From: Pseudomonadota bacterium
GTDB taxonomy: Bacteria > Desulfobacterota > Anaeroferrophillalia > Anaeroferrophillales > Tharpellaceae
NCBI GenBank assembly: GCA_011049115.1
Contig: DSCM01000102.1
Location: 174 to 64,173, forward strand
Direction of reading: 5' to 3'
Length of the DNA stretch: 64,000 nucleotides
The notes below the pieces were generated by a model. That model saw only the letters and a list, made by a program, of their open reading frames with translations, was not told the origin of the DNA and ran no database searches. This document shows, piece after piece, positions 10,909 through 19,551 of the stretch. A program made the position numbers and the translations under genes. Position 1 is the first letter of the stretch. Each line of letters starts with the position of its first letter.

Positions 10909-11923
10909 CTTTTCCTCCATATCCATCAGGATTATTTGTCTGCCAATGCCAAGCATCGGTACACATTGAAAGTAAATCACGCTCTGCTTTCCAGCCCAAG
11001 ACATCGCCGGCCCAAGTAGGATCGGCATAACAAACCGCGATATCTCCAGCTCGACGGGGTTCGATCGAATAAGGAATTTCAATCCCGCTGGCTTTTGTAA
11101 AGGTCTCTATCACCTCAAGAACACTGTAACCACGGCCCGTGCCCAGATTGCAGCAAATCAGGCCTGGATTCAGCTGCATTTTTTCAAGAGCACATAAGTG
11201 CCCGCGCGCCAAATCAACGACATGAATATAGTCCCGGACGCCCGTACCATCATGGGTATCATAGTCATTACCGAAAACCGCCAGGCGTTGCCGCCGACCA
11301 ACCGCTACCTGAGAAATATAAGGCAGCAGGTTATTAGGGATGCCTTGTGGATCTTCGCCAATCAAACCGCTGGCGTGCGCTCCGATCGGGTTAAAATAAC
11401 GCAATAAAACGATATTCCAGTCCTTATCTGAAATCTGTAGATCGCGCAGCATGTCTTCAAGCATCAACTTGCTGCGCCCGTAGGGATTGGTAGGTCGCAA
11501 AGCCGCGGTCTCGTCAATCGGTACTGTCACGGGGTCACCGTAAACCGTGGCGGAGGAGCTGAATACCAGATTTTTGACACCATGTTCAGACATGGCCTGC
11601 AAGAGGCTGATGGTACCGCAGAGATTATTATCGTAATAAGTCAGCGGCATTTTGACTGATTCGCCGACGGCCTTGAGACCGGCGAAATGAATTACCGCAT
11701 TGAAATTACCTTCGGCCAGCAGACGGTTAAGCCCGGGCCGGTCACGCAGATCAAGTTTATGGAACCCCACCCGCTTGTTGGTTATCTTTTCTATCCGCGC
11801 CAGAACCTCAGGTGAGCTGTTGCTTAAATTATCAACAATAACGACTTCATAATCTGATGCGAGAAGTTCAACGACAGTATGACTGCCGATATAGCCGCTT
11901 CCACCACTGACTAAGACCCGCAT
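10901..11923 (-). CDS. galE: UDP-glucose 4-epimerase
   Basis: MRVLVSGGSGYIGSHT Rossmann N-terminus, the YxxxK catalytic motif, and 340 aa length. Confidence 0.9.
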   Translation of the reverse strand: MRVLVSGGSGYIGSHTVVELLASDYEVVIVDNLSNSSPEVLARIEKITNKRVGFHKLDLRDRPGLNRLLAEGNFNAVIHFAGLKAVGESVKMPLTYYDNNLCGTISLLQAMSEHGVKNLVFSSSATVYGDPVTVPIDETAALRPTNPYGRSKLMLEDMLRDLQISDKDWNIVLLRYFNPIGAHASGLIGEDPQGIPNNLLPYISQVAVGRRQRLAVFGNDYDTHDGTGVRDYIHVVDLARGHLCALEKMQLNPGLICCNLGTGRGYSVLEVIETFTKASGIEIPYSIEPRRAGDIAVCYADPTWAGDVLGWKAERDLLSMCTDAWHWQTNNPDGYGGKDE

Positions 11924-12102
11924 TTTACCCCTTCATATTGAATCAATAATAAAAAATTATGCAAAAAGAACCTTCATGATTTAAAAAGAATGTTGACAGA
12001 ATCATCTTCAATAACTATTCTTTTTTCATATAAAGTTATCATTACTTATAGGATTACTCTATAATTTAAAATTCAAACATCGAAAATCAAGGAGAGCACC
12101 TA

Positions 12103-12429
12103 ATGCTGGAAGTCAGTAGTGCCGCAGTCGAACAGATTGCCGGCTATTTCACCAATCGTGAACCGGAACCCATCAGAATATTTTTGAACGAAGGCGGCTG
12201 AGGTGGCCCGTCTCTTTCCATGGTCATGGATCAGGAACGCCCCAACGACGAAACCTACAATATCGAGAACTTCACATTCCTTGTCGATCGTGATTTCATG
12301 GAAAAGGTCAAACCGATCAAAGTTGATTTTAAAAACGTCGGTTTCACCATCTCTGCGAATCTTGACCTCAGTAAAATGGGGGGTGGAAGCTGTTCCGGCT
12401 GCGGATCCAGCAGCTCTTGCTGTTCGTAA
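12103..12429 (+). CDS. HesB/IscA-like Fe-S assembly-type selenoprotein (in-frame UGA = Sec at 12199-12201)
   Basis: ATG at 12103 with SD AAGGAGAG 7 nt upstream. The in-frame TGA at codon 33 is flanked by FLNEGG|U|GGPSLSMV, which aligns with E. coli IscA LGVRTSGC35SGMAYV. The reading frame continues unbroken into ORF 12220..12429, which ends in a Cys-rich tail (GSCSGCGSSSSCCS). A hairpin with a GGUC apical loop lies about 17-30 nt after the UGA. Confidence 0.65.
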
Positions 12430-12522
12430 ACTTTTCTCTGCCCAAACTCGAATCTTTCCCCGGGCCGCCTGGTCTGGATGGTTCGAACAAAAATATGACC
12501 CGAGAGCAGTTGAGCATATTAG

Positions 12523-12567
12523 TTTACAGGTTAAAAGGGAAGTATTTCCTCCCTTTTAACCTGTAAA
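12523..12567. terminator. Perfect 18-bp inverted repeat hairpin between convergent genes (putative bidirectional terminator or stem-loop)
   Basis: tttacaggttaaaaggga-agtatttcc-tcccttttaacctgtaaa. There is no clear U-tract on either side, so intrinsic-terminator function is uncertain. Confidence 0.4.
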
Positions 12568-12577
12568 CAGTCCTGGT

Positions 12578-13066
12578 TCATGCGCAACAACATTTTTTAT
12601 ATTTTTTACCGCTCCCGCAGGGACAAGGATCATTACGACCGACTTTATTATGTTCTCTGACCACCTGTCTGGGAACCACCCCTTGTCCGTCATAAAAATA
12701 CCAGTCACCCTCATGGCGTTTGAACGATGAAAGCTCATGATGAGTTTTGGCTTTATCCTTTTGCCGAAAATGGGCAACAAATTCAATTCTGCCTTCCTCA
12801 TCGGCTTGCTGTCCGGCTTCAACATTAATGATTTCGAGATGATCCCATGTTGACTTTTCAGCCCAGTTGCGGGCCGTGGTCGCTTCGTACTTAGGTAGTT
12901 GATCGGGATGGGTTGTATTCTTGACGAAATCCATTTCCATTTTGGCGTGGGCGCTGTAACGGGCCCGTAAAAGAGCCTCCGCAGTATCCGCTTTGGATTC
13001 ACCTTCGATAAGGGGTTCACAGCATTGACTATAATCTTTTCCCGAACCACAAGGACAATCACTCAT
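12578..13066 (-). CDS. YchJ-family (UPF0225) protein with SEC-C metal-binding motifs at both termini
   Basis: N-terminal [13 protein letters not shown] and C-terminal [13 protein letters not shown]. Confidence 0.8.
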   Translation of the reverse strand: MSDCPCGSGKDYSQCCEPLIEGESKADTAEALLRARYSAHAKMEMDFVKNTTHPDQLPKYEATTARNWAEKSTWDHLEIINVEAGQQADEEGRIEFVAHFRQKDKAKTHHELSSFKRHEGDWYFYDGQGVVPRQVVREHNKVGRNDPCPCGSGKKYKKCCCA

Positions 13067-13387
13067 AGATTCTCAATCCTCTAAAAATATTTACCACAAT
13101 AAAAGTACGCAAACTTTTACCAATCTCAGGCTGCAGGCGAATTGCAAAGCTACATCCTTATGATTTCAACCTATGATAACATCTGAATAGTAAACGAAAA
13201 CTAGAAGAAGTCAAGTTTTTATAGAAAAACCAGCAGATTTTTATGGCGACAAACTGAATCCTATCGCGAAGATGAAATTACTCTCCCTTCGTAAACCATG
13301 GCAATTGTCGGGACAGTCTACGCTGCGGGGATTTAAATCAGGCGGTAGTCTCAGATTGCTAAGCTTGGCAGCGGTTTATTTTCATTT

Positions 13388-14173
13388 TCAGACCAGCGTC
13401 GCAGCCCACTCCAAAACTTTATCTGAATAAGCTTTTTTATCGATCAATAAACTTTTCCCGTTGCGATAGATTAAAACACGAGGGGACGATTTGCGCCCAT
13501 GCAACGGCCCAGCATAGTAATACTCAAGAGCATGACGCCAGGATGAGAGCTCGGTTCGAGACCCCACTCCAGGCTTGCCATCCTGTTCAGCTTCTTCAAA
13601 CATCTCTCCCAAATACCAGCTCCCTGCCATGATCGAGGCGTGGGGATCAAGGGGATTATTCACCAAAACAATGCCGCGCTCACTTAACCTACGATGAGCC
13701 TCTGCAAACGTTGCTTTGATGGTCTGCATCAAGCCGGCCGCACTGCTTGAATCGGCCCGGGCATTGGGATCCCCCCCTGACTCCATAATTATTACTGCCT
13801 TGATAACCGCTTGCGGCACATTGAAGATTCTGGCCGCCTGATCAATCGATTCCTGCCAGGGGGCAAGTTTTTTTTGAATTATAGTGGTGACGTTTTTATT
13901 ATAATCAGAGTGTTTTGCTCCAGCCTTGGGGTTGGTGATCGCCGGAACGGGAGACTCCAAGGGAATGAATACTTTGCGCAAGCGATCCCAGGGATCGCTT
14001 GCATCATTTTCCTGGGGCTTGGAAAATCTCCTCCGTTTGTCCTTTTCCCCTGCATAATTATGCTGCAGGCGTATCCAGGGATCCTGGTCTTCCTGGGCAG
14101 CCGCATCGGTCCAGACCAAGAGAAGAAGAATCAGAAAAAAAACACCTAAATTTTGTGGTGATTTCATGATCAA
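13388..14173 (-). CDS. Secreted lytic transglycosylase (SLT domain)
   Basis: Signal peptide followed by an SLT catalytic region (MESGGDPNARADSSSAAGLMQ). Its start overlaps the upstream ExbD-like stop (ATGA). Confidence 0.75.
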   Translation of the reverse strand: MIMKSPQNLGVFFLILLLLVWTDAAAQEDQDPWIRLQHNYAGEKDKRRRFSKPQENDASDPWDRLRKVFIPLESPVPAITNPKAGAKHSDYNKNVTTIIQKKLAPWQESIDQAARIFNVPQAVIKAVIIMESGGDPNARADSSSAAGLMQTIKATFAEAHRRLSERGIVLVNNPLDPHASIMAGSWYLGEMFEEAEQDGKPGVGSRTELSSWRHALEYYYAGPLHGRKSSPRVLIYRNGKSLLIDKKAYSDKVLEWAATLV

Positions 14174-14643
14174 CGCAACTTTTCGGCAAACGCAATGTTA
14201 ATTCCCTGTTCACCCAAATATCTGAAGGCGGCGAAATATTCCGCAAGAGAAACGTGGTTGATGTTGTCGGCAGCCAGATAGATAACCTCTTCCGCACCTC
14301 CCCCGGTCTGCGTTAGTCGGGAGATTCGACCATCCTTGCGCAAGGCTTCCAGATCCCTCCAGGGATGATAGCTGCGCCCGGCAAAAACGAGGCTGATTTC
14401 AGAGCCTTTTTTTTCCAGATGGCCGATTTTGTGGTTTTCAACGGCAGCGAAACGGGAATTACCGGCTTGATGACTCTGCGGAGCTTTAAGCTCCGCTTCT
14501 CGGGAACGGCGTTCTTCGGTTGTCATTAGCAACATAAAGGTAAAAACCATGACTAAGATAAAAAGATAGGCGAAAAGATCTTTACCTGGATCAAGCGCGT
14601 TCTGGTTTAGCCGGCTCATGCCGCCTCTGCGATAATGCCCCAT
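14170..14643 (-). CDS. ExbD/TolR-like biopolymer-transport protein (single transmembrane helix plus periplasmic domain)
   Basis: Short cytoplasmic N-terminus, one transmembrane helix (LFAYLFILVMVFTFMLLM) and a roughly 110-aa periplasmic domain. RBS AAAGGA. Lies immediately downstream of a MotA/ExbB-like gene. Confidence 0.6.
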   Translation of the reverse strand: MGHYRRGGMSRLNQNALDPGKDLFAYLFILVMVFTFMLLMTTEERRSREAELKAPQSHQAGNSRFAAVENHKIGHLEKKGSEISLVFAGRSYHPWRDLEALRKDGRISRLTQTGGGAEEVIYLAADNINHVSLAEYFAAFRYLGEQGINIAFAEKLR

Positions 14644-14645
14644 TT

Positions 14646-15230
14646 TTAAATCCTTTCACTGCATATTTCACCGATACGCAGTCCAATCAGGGTTTCAAGC
14701 CGTTTCATTCTCGTCATCAGATATCTTGAATAGATCAAAGTCACTGTCAGCCCGCCAATCACACCAGCGCCCAGGGAGGTGTACAGCGCCGTCGCCAAGC
14801 CATGGTTCCAGGCTGCGGCGAAAACCACGGCTGCGCTCTCACCCCCGGCAAGACCGGCGAACATTTCATTAAAGGCTCCGATTGACCCAAAAATGGTGCC
14901 GGCAAAACCAATCAGAATCAAGGTGTTGACATAGCCGTTGAGGGCCGTAAAATGAATGCCGATACGACTTTCCACTTCCGACCAGATGGCATCAACAATA
15001 GCTTCCCGGGCCGAACCTTCAGTGGCTTGCAGACGCCGGAATAACGGCACCAGAAAAACCAGAGCAGCATGTTTGCCGACCTTTTCCTGATAACTTTCAT
15101 CGGCAACGACCACCCCCCGTAAATAATCGTAGATCAAGGTCAGACGATGTACCATCAGATAGAGATAAAACAAAAAAATCAAACCGAAGAAGACGCCGAA
15201 ATTATGTAAAAACCAGCTGGCAAACTGCAT
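14646..15230 (-). CDS. MotA/TolQ/ExbB-family proton channel
   Basis: Three transmembrane segments and the family motif GFAGTIFGSIGAFNEM. 194 aa. Confidence 0.75.
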   Translation of the reverse strand: MQFASWFLHNFGVFFGLIFLFYLYLMVHRLTLIYDYLRGVVVADESYQEKVGKHAALVFLVPLFRRLQATEGSAREAIVDAIWSEVESRIGIHFTALNGYVNTLILIGFAGTIFGSIGAFNEMFAGLAGGESAAVVFAAAWNHGLATALYTSLGAGVIGGLTVTLIYSRYLMTRMKRLETLIGLRIGEICSERI

Positions 15231-15247
15231 GATTATCCCCGTCAGGT

Positions 15248-16636
15248 TCAGATTAAGCCCGCCGCATGCAAGGCCGCAAGATCAGGAGCGTTACAGAACG
15301 AGCATGGATCAAGCTCAATGCTTCGACCATCGTGCGTAGCAAGAGAAAGAGGAACGAAGACCCCGAAAGCCCCCCCCCCTGGACCTTCCAGTACGAACGT
15401 TCGTCCCAGAACATCAACTTCTTCCGGTTTGACCCCAGCCTTCAGCAGACCTTTTTCCAGGCTCCAGGTAAAAGCCTGGTTAACCCTGGTATAAATCGCT
15501 CGCTTGACGAAATCGTAGAGATAATAACGAACAGCGGAAATCTGCTCCGGATAAAGCCCGGCCCGTTTCAGTTCCGGCCCCCACTTTTGCCAGGGGTTAT
15601 CAACCTCGATCACCGTACTGGAAAAACTTTCCAGTGAGGCCGCGGGGATCAAACTGCCGTCATCCAGGTCAAGACAACGACCATCCTTGAGCAGGGCCAC
15701 GGCTTTCATTTGCAGAAAGCTATATGATTCCCGCAGATTTTCGATACGTAAAGGAATTATTTGCTGCGGCGAGCGCTCCTTTTCTCCTTCCTTGCGCCAG
15801 GCCTGATGGAGTTGGGTATATTTATTTCGATCAAGCTTCAATTTGGGAAGAACTGTCGTTTTTGTCATCTTTGTCTTTTTTGTCAGAGACGACAAAGGCT
15901 GTTTCTCCATGTTCATGGAATTCGTATCTTTTTCGGCTGTTTTCGGTGAAACCTGGTCCTGAGAGGAGCGGATTTTTTGAAGTTCATCTTCCTGTAAAGT
16001 TGGAAAGTTTTTTTTCACCAAACTTTCAGCATAACTTCGCAGCTGCTGCCGGTCTGATTCCGATAAAAGCTGAACTGCGGTCTTACCTGAGTCAGCTGCA
16101 ACATGGTTACGGCTATGCAGGTCGGTGACGATTTCAGCCTTATTCTCTAGGATTTCCGGTTCCGGATCGAGGACATCATCTTGCGAAAGAACAGCCGAAG
16201 ATTCCGTTTCAACCTGGTTCTCCGTCTCACCCACCAACTCTTCACCGGCGACAAACAGCGAAGTATCCTCGCCCTTGCTTTCAGGTTTTACCTCTGGAGC
16301 TGCCAACGCGGCTGTCGCAACCAGATCTTTCGACTCTGTTTTTTCGATTTTTCCCGTTGGTGGCAAGGGATCGGATTGAGCCTCTGTGGGAAGATCCGCT
16401 TCCGGTTCGAATGCCTGAGTTTCCACCGGCGACCCCTTCTTTTTCAGCGCAACGGGTGCCCGCTCAGCGGCCATTTTTTCGGGAGTAAACAGATGTCGAA
16501 CAATGACTACGGCCTCATCGACGGGCCGGTGCAACTGAAAAAGAAGACCGCAAACCCCGATAAAAACCAGAAAAAATACCAGGCTGACGCGGCCGGTTTT
16601 AAGTCTGCCATTGTTGTATACAAAAAATGAGTGCAT
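15248..16636 (-). CDS. Hypothetical membrane-anchored protein (N-terminal transmembrane helix, long acidic/Pro-rich linker, about 200-aa C-terminal globular domain)
   Basis: RBS AAGGA. The topology is TonB-like, but no TonB C-terminal signature is recognisable. Confidence 0.55.
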   Translation of the reverse strand: MHSFFVYNNGRLKTGRVSLVFFLVFIGVCGLLFQLHRPVDEAVVIVRHLFTPEKMAAERAPVALKKKGSPVETQAFEPEADLPTEAQSDPLPPTGKIEKTESKDLVATAALAAPEVKPESKGEDTSLFVAGEELVGETENQVETESSAVLSQDDVLDPEPEILENKAEIVTDLHSRNHVAADSGKTAVQLLSESDRQQLRSYAESLVKKNFPTLQEDELQKIRSSQDQVSPKTAEKDTNSMNMEKQPLSSLTKKTKMTKTTVLPKLKLDRNKYTQLHQAWRKEGEKERSPQQIIPLRIENLRESYSFLQMKAVALLKDGRCLDLDDGSLIPAASLESFSSTVIEVDNPWQKWGPELKRAGLYPEQISAVRYYLYDFVKRAIYTRVNQAFTWSLEKGLLKAGVKPEEVDVLGRTFVLEGPGGGAFGVFVPLSLATHDGRSIELDPCSFCNAPDLAALHAAGLI

Positions 16637-16730
16637 CAGCTGAATCCTTACTTACCCATAGAGATCAAGATCAGAAACGGTTAACTCACCGGCGGAAAAC
16701 TAACGCGTTCACCGCCGGCAACAACTGCTT

Positions 16731-17444
16731 TTACAGGGCATCAACCAGCCTGGCATTGATGATCGGCGACTCCGGGGTCTCTGACCGCTCGCGCCAAAGA
16801 TCGCACTGCCCGGTAATCCTAAGATTGATTTCCGGCCAAGTCCGACCGAGATCGACGGCTTTGGCCTGGTAAGCTGAGAATTGCTCCCCGTTAAGCCATT
16901 TTTTGACGATCCTGCGGTTTTCCTCAAGGTCACTGAAACCACTCAGATCGTTGTTTGTCATGGCTTCACAGATATCAAGCGCTTGCGTCAGAAGATCCAG
17001 ATAGATATCGATCTCCTCCTCAACGTTGATTTTCGTTCTCAGATATTTTTCCTGAGTAAACTTTCTGCGCGTATTGATGGTGCGAAGCGCGGCCAGATCC
17101 TGGGAATCTTCGGGCAGTCCCTTGAACACCTCGTTATCCCTGGCAAAATCCAAATCCTGTTTATAATCACTGTAACGGGCTAGTTTAGTGCCATAGAGCA
17201 CAGCTTTTTTGAGATTGATGACATAGGTGGCAAAATCTATTTTCCTTTGATTGTTATAAATATTTTCCTGGCTGAATTTCTGTTTCAGCCTGCCCCCCAT
17301 TTCTCCGGTTTCCTTCTCAAGCTCGGGTAACGCCGCTTCCGCGTAGTATTCATAAAGTGAGGCGGCGTGAGCGTCGTTGGCAGCCGCCAGACTCACTCCA
17401 GCCGAAAAAACGAGAATAATCATCAATAGTAATTTTTTTTTCAT
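16731..17444 (-). CDS. Hypothetical secreted/periplasmic protein (signal peptide)
   Basis: MKKKLLLMIILVFSAGVSLAAANDAHA signal peptide. RBS AAGGAG. Confidence 0.55.
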   Translation of the reverse strand: MKKKLLLMIILVFSAGVSLAAANDAHAASLYEYYAEAALPELEKETGEMGGRLKQKFSQENIYNNQRKIDFATYVINLKKAVLYGTKLARYSDYKQDLDFARDNEVFKGLPEDSQDLAALRTINTRRKFTQEKYLRTKINVEEEIDIYLDLLTQALDICEAMTNNDLSGFSDLEENRRIVKKWLNGEQFSAYQAKAVDLGRTWPEINLRITGQCDLWRERSETPESPIINARLVDAL

Positions 17445-17481
17445 GGCAAACTCCTTGTCGGTCTATCCTCAGAGGTTATTG

Positions 17482-18549
17482 TTACTGCCAACTCAAACGG
17501 GCCTGTCGCAAAAAGTCGAGTTCTTCTTCAACACTCAAAACCTCACCGCTGATGCCAGTACTGCTGACCACTCGGATTTCTCCCAGGCCAGCCAAGACAT
17601 CGTTGACCATTTCATCAAGCACCCCACCCAGTTTGTTGGTGGCGCTATTGACTAAAGAAAGGGTATTCCGCAATTCTTCAACATTAGGAAATCCCAGATT
17701 AGCCATCAGTCCCGGAGTCCCCGTCCCCCCGACTTCGGCAACCGGGGTTATCTTGGCGAAGACATTATAAAGATTAGCCAGCAGATCGCGGAAGCGATTT
17801 GAGATATCACTGCCATCAGCCCTGATTTTTTCACGAACGAGACCTGAATACTGCTGGTTCATAGTCGCAACCTTGACCCTGGCTTCGTAAAGACGCCGCC
17901 GCTGTTCCACCTGAAGCAAACGTTTCTTGATTCGATTGTACTTCTGCAACAGACGTTTTTGGTCTTTTTCGTTTTCGGCTTCCTGATATTCTTCAAGGGC
18001 CTTTTGGGCTTCGTCGGAGGCCTCGGCAAAACGTCCTTTTTCATCTTCCAGGTAGTATTCCAGGGCAAGTTCGTAGTTTGTGTTGATGGATCGGGTTGCC
18101 TGACTGTCAACCAATGAAGCCGCCACGGACTGATCAAATTGATCCAGCGCCAGCAGGAGAGGCTCCAGGTTCTGGTCGCAGGCATCTTTCAACCTGCCGA
18201 CTTCAGATAAAATACGACCGTTGAGATGGGCCCGGCGGGCCGCACCTTCCGGCTCATGGGGATTGAGCAAGTCGGAGGCTTCCAGTTGGTTGCGAGTGTC
18301 AAGAAGCTCCTGCAGAGCAACCGTACTTTCGGAAAACTCCTGAAAAAGAAGCTGCGAAGAATTTTTCACCTCATTGCCGCTACGCTCAACCCGCAATCTT
18401 GATTTCTGAGCGATCTGAACAGCGCGATCCGGGGTTTGCCCGGCGGTCAGGGAGCCTTGTCCCACGACGGGAAGGCTCAGCAGAAGCAGAGCTCCGGCCA
18501 AGCCCCGGAAAAAACTCCTCCCCTGCGCGTTAAGAAACATGTTTCGCAT
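17482..18549 (-). CDS. Hypothetical secreted coiled-coil protein
   Basis: Start taken at MRNMFLN (18549, RBS AAGGAG), followed by a signal peptide. The long central segment is charged and heptad-like (EEYQEAENEKDQKRLLQKY...). Confidence 0.55.
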   Translation of the reverse strand: MRNMFLNAQGRSFFRGLAGALLLLSLPVVGQGSLTAGQTPDRAVQIAQKSRLRVERSGNEVKNSSQLLFQEFSESTVALQELLDTRNQLEASDLLNPHEPEGAARRAHLNGRILSEVGRLKDACDQNLEPLLLALDQFDQSVAASLVDSQATRSINTNYELALEYYLEDEKGRFAEASDEAQKALEEYQEAENEKDQKRLLQKYNRIKKRLLQVEQRRRLYEARVKVATMNQQYSGLVREKIRADGSDISNRFRDLLANLYNVFAKITPVAEVGGTGTPGLMANLGFPNVEELRNTLSLVNSATNKLGGVLDEMVNDVLAGLGEIRVVSSTGISGEVLSVEEELDFLRQARLSWQ

Positions 18550-18623
18550 GGCTTTCTCCTTGATTTTTGCTAGCACTAAAAATTTTAAAGCACGTAAAGA
18601 GTTAACAACGGGGAGCCTGATTA

Positions 18624-19154
18624 TCACTGAAACATTTTCCGATAAAGTTCCTGGTCAAGACGGCGACAAAGCTCCATGGTTTTGACCAGGAGCCGGTCAT
18701 CGCGAGTCCTGGATTGATTAACCAGTGTGGCGCAGTAGGCTCGCAGAAACTTACGGTCGATCTCACGATAGGCTTCACGGCTGCGATCCAGGTTCTCGAA
18801 ATAGCGATACACCGCAAGATGAAAAAACTTGTCGTACTGTTTTTGATTAAACACTTTGACCGCCTGCAAAAGATGTTTACGGGGCAAATCACGACCGTCT
18901 TGTAGAGCTTTCTCCATCAAAGGAATCCAGCAATTATAAATACATCCATTGCATTCTTCGAGCAACGCCTCATCAAGCAGGCGGACGATTTCAAAATCAG
19001 TTAACCTGTAATAGTTCTCACCCAGAGCTACTTCACAGCTGGGTGGAGCCAGGGCCGTGGTATTGTGAGAGGCACAGCCTGTCAAACCCATAAGCCACAG
19101 AAAAATTCCTCCCATCATCAAGATCAAGCCGTTGCGATATGTTCTCTTTTCCAT
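18624..19154 (-). CDS. Hypothetical lipoprotein
   Basis: Lipobox LMGLTG|C within the signal peptide. Several Cys pairs (CEVA..., CNGCIYNC). Confidence 0.55.
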   Translation of the reverse strand: MEKRTYRNGLILMMGGIFLWLMGLTGCASHNTTALAPPSCEVALGENYYRLTDFEIVRLLDEALLEECNGCIYNCWIPLMEKALQDGRDLPRKHLLQAVKVFNQKQYDKFFHLAVYRYFENLDRSREAYREIDRKFLRAYCATLVNQSRTRDDRLLVKTMELCRRLDQELYRKMFQ

Positions 19155-19551
19155 AATAATTCCCCCCCCGGTTTAGGATTGCCGAACCCCCATTATTTAT
19201 TTTGCCGCGCTGATGGCGATTACACCTGACTTCCTTATCGAAGAGAAAAAATAGTTTTCAAAAAAAATATGCAGAAGCGATCAACTTGCCGAAGTTTATT
19301 TTTAAGAAGATCCTCAATGGGGCGAGGAATGAAAACGGATAGCCGCTCCTGGTTTGAACTTGCTTGCAATTTACGATGACTGCCTTTATATAGTGCGATT
19401 TTGCATTTACTATCATTGTCGGTTGAACGGATTTCGAATTCTTGACGACGGGATTAAAGGTTCAGCCTGAAGTTTATAGCGCAAAATCAATTATCGGGTT
19501 GAAAAGGTCATTTTTTTTTCGATAATCTTCTCGGAGCAGGATCTGATTGCC

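Noticed and set aside
12556-13062. 168-aa ORF overlapping ychJ in another frame
   Set aside because: It lies entirely within the well-supported YchJ (SEC-C motif) reading frame and its translation has no recognisable features.
13067-13387. 320-bp AT-rich intergenic region upstream of ychJ, scanned for tRNA or sRNA
   Set aside because: No cloverleaf with T-loop GTTCRANYC-like features and no convincing terminator hairpin. It is most likely just the ychJ promoter region.
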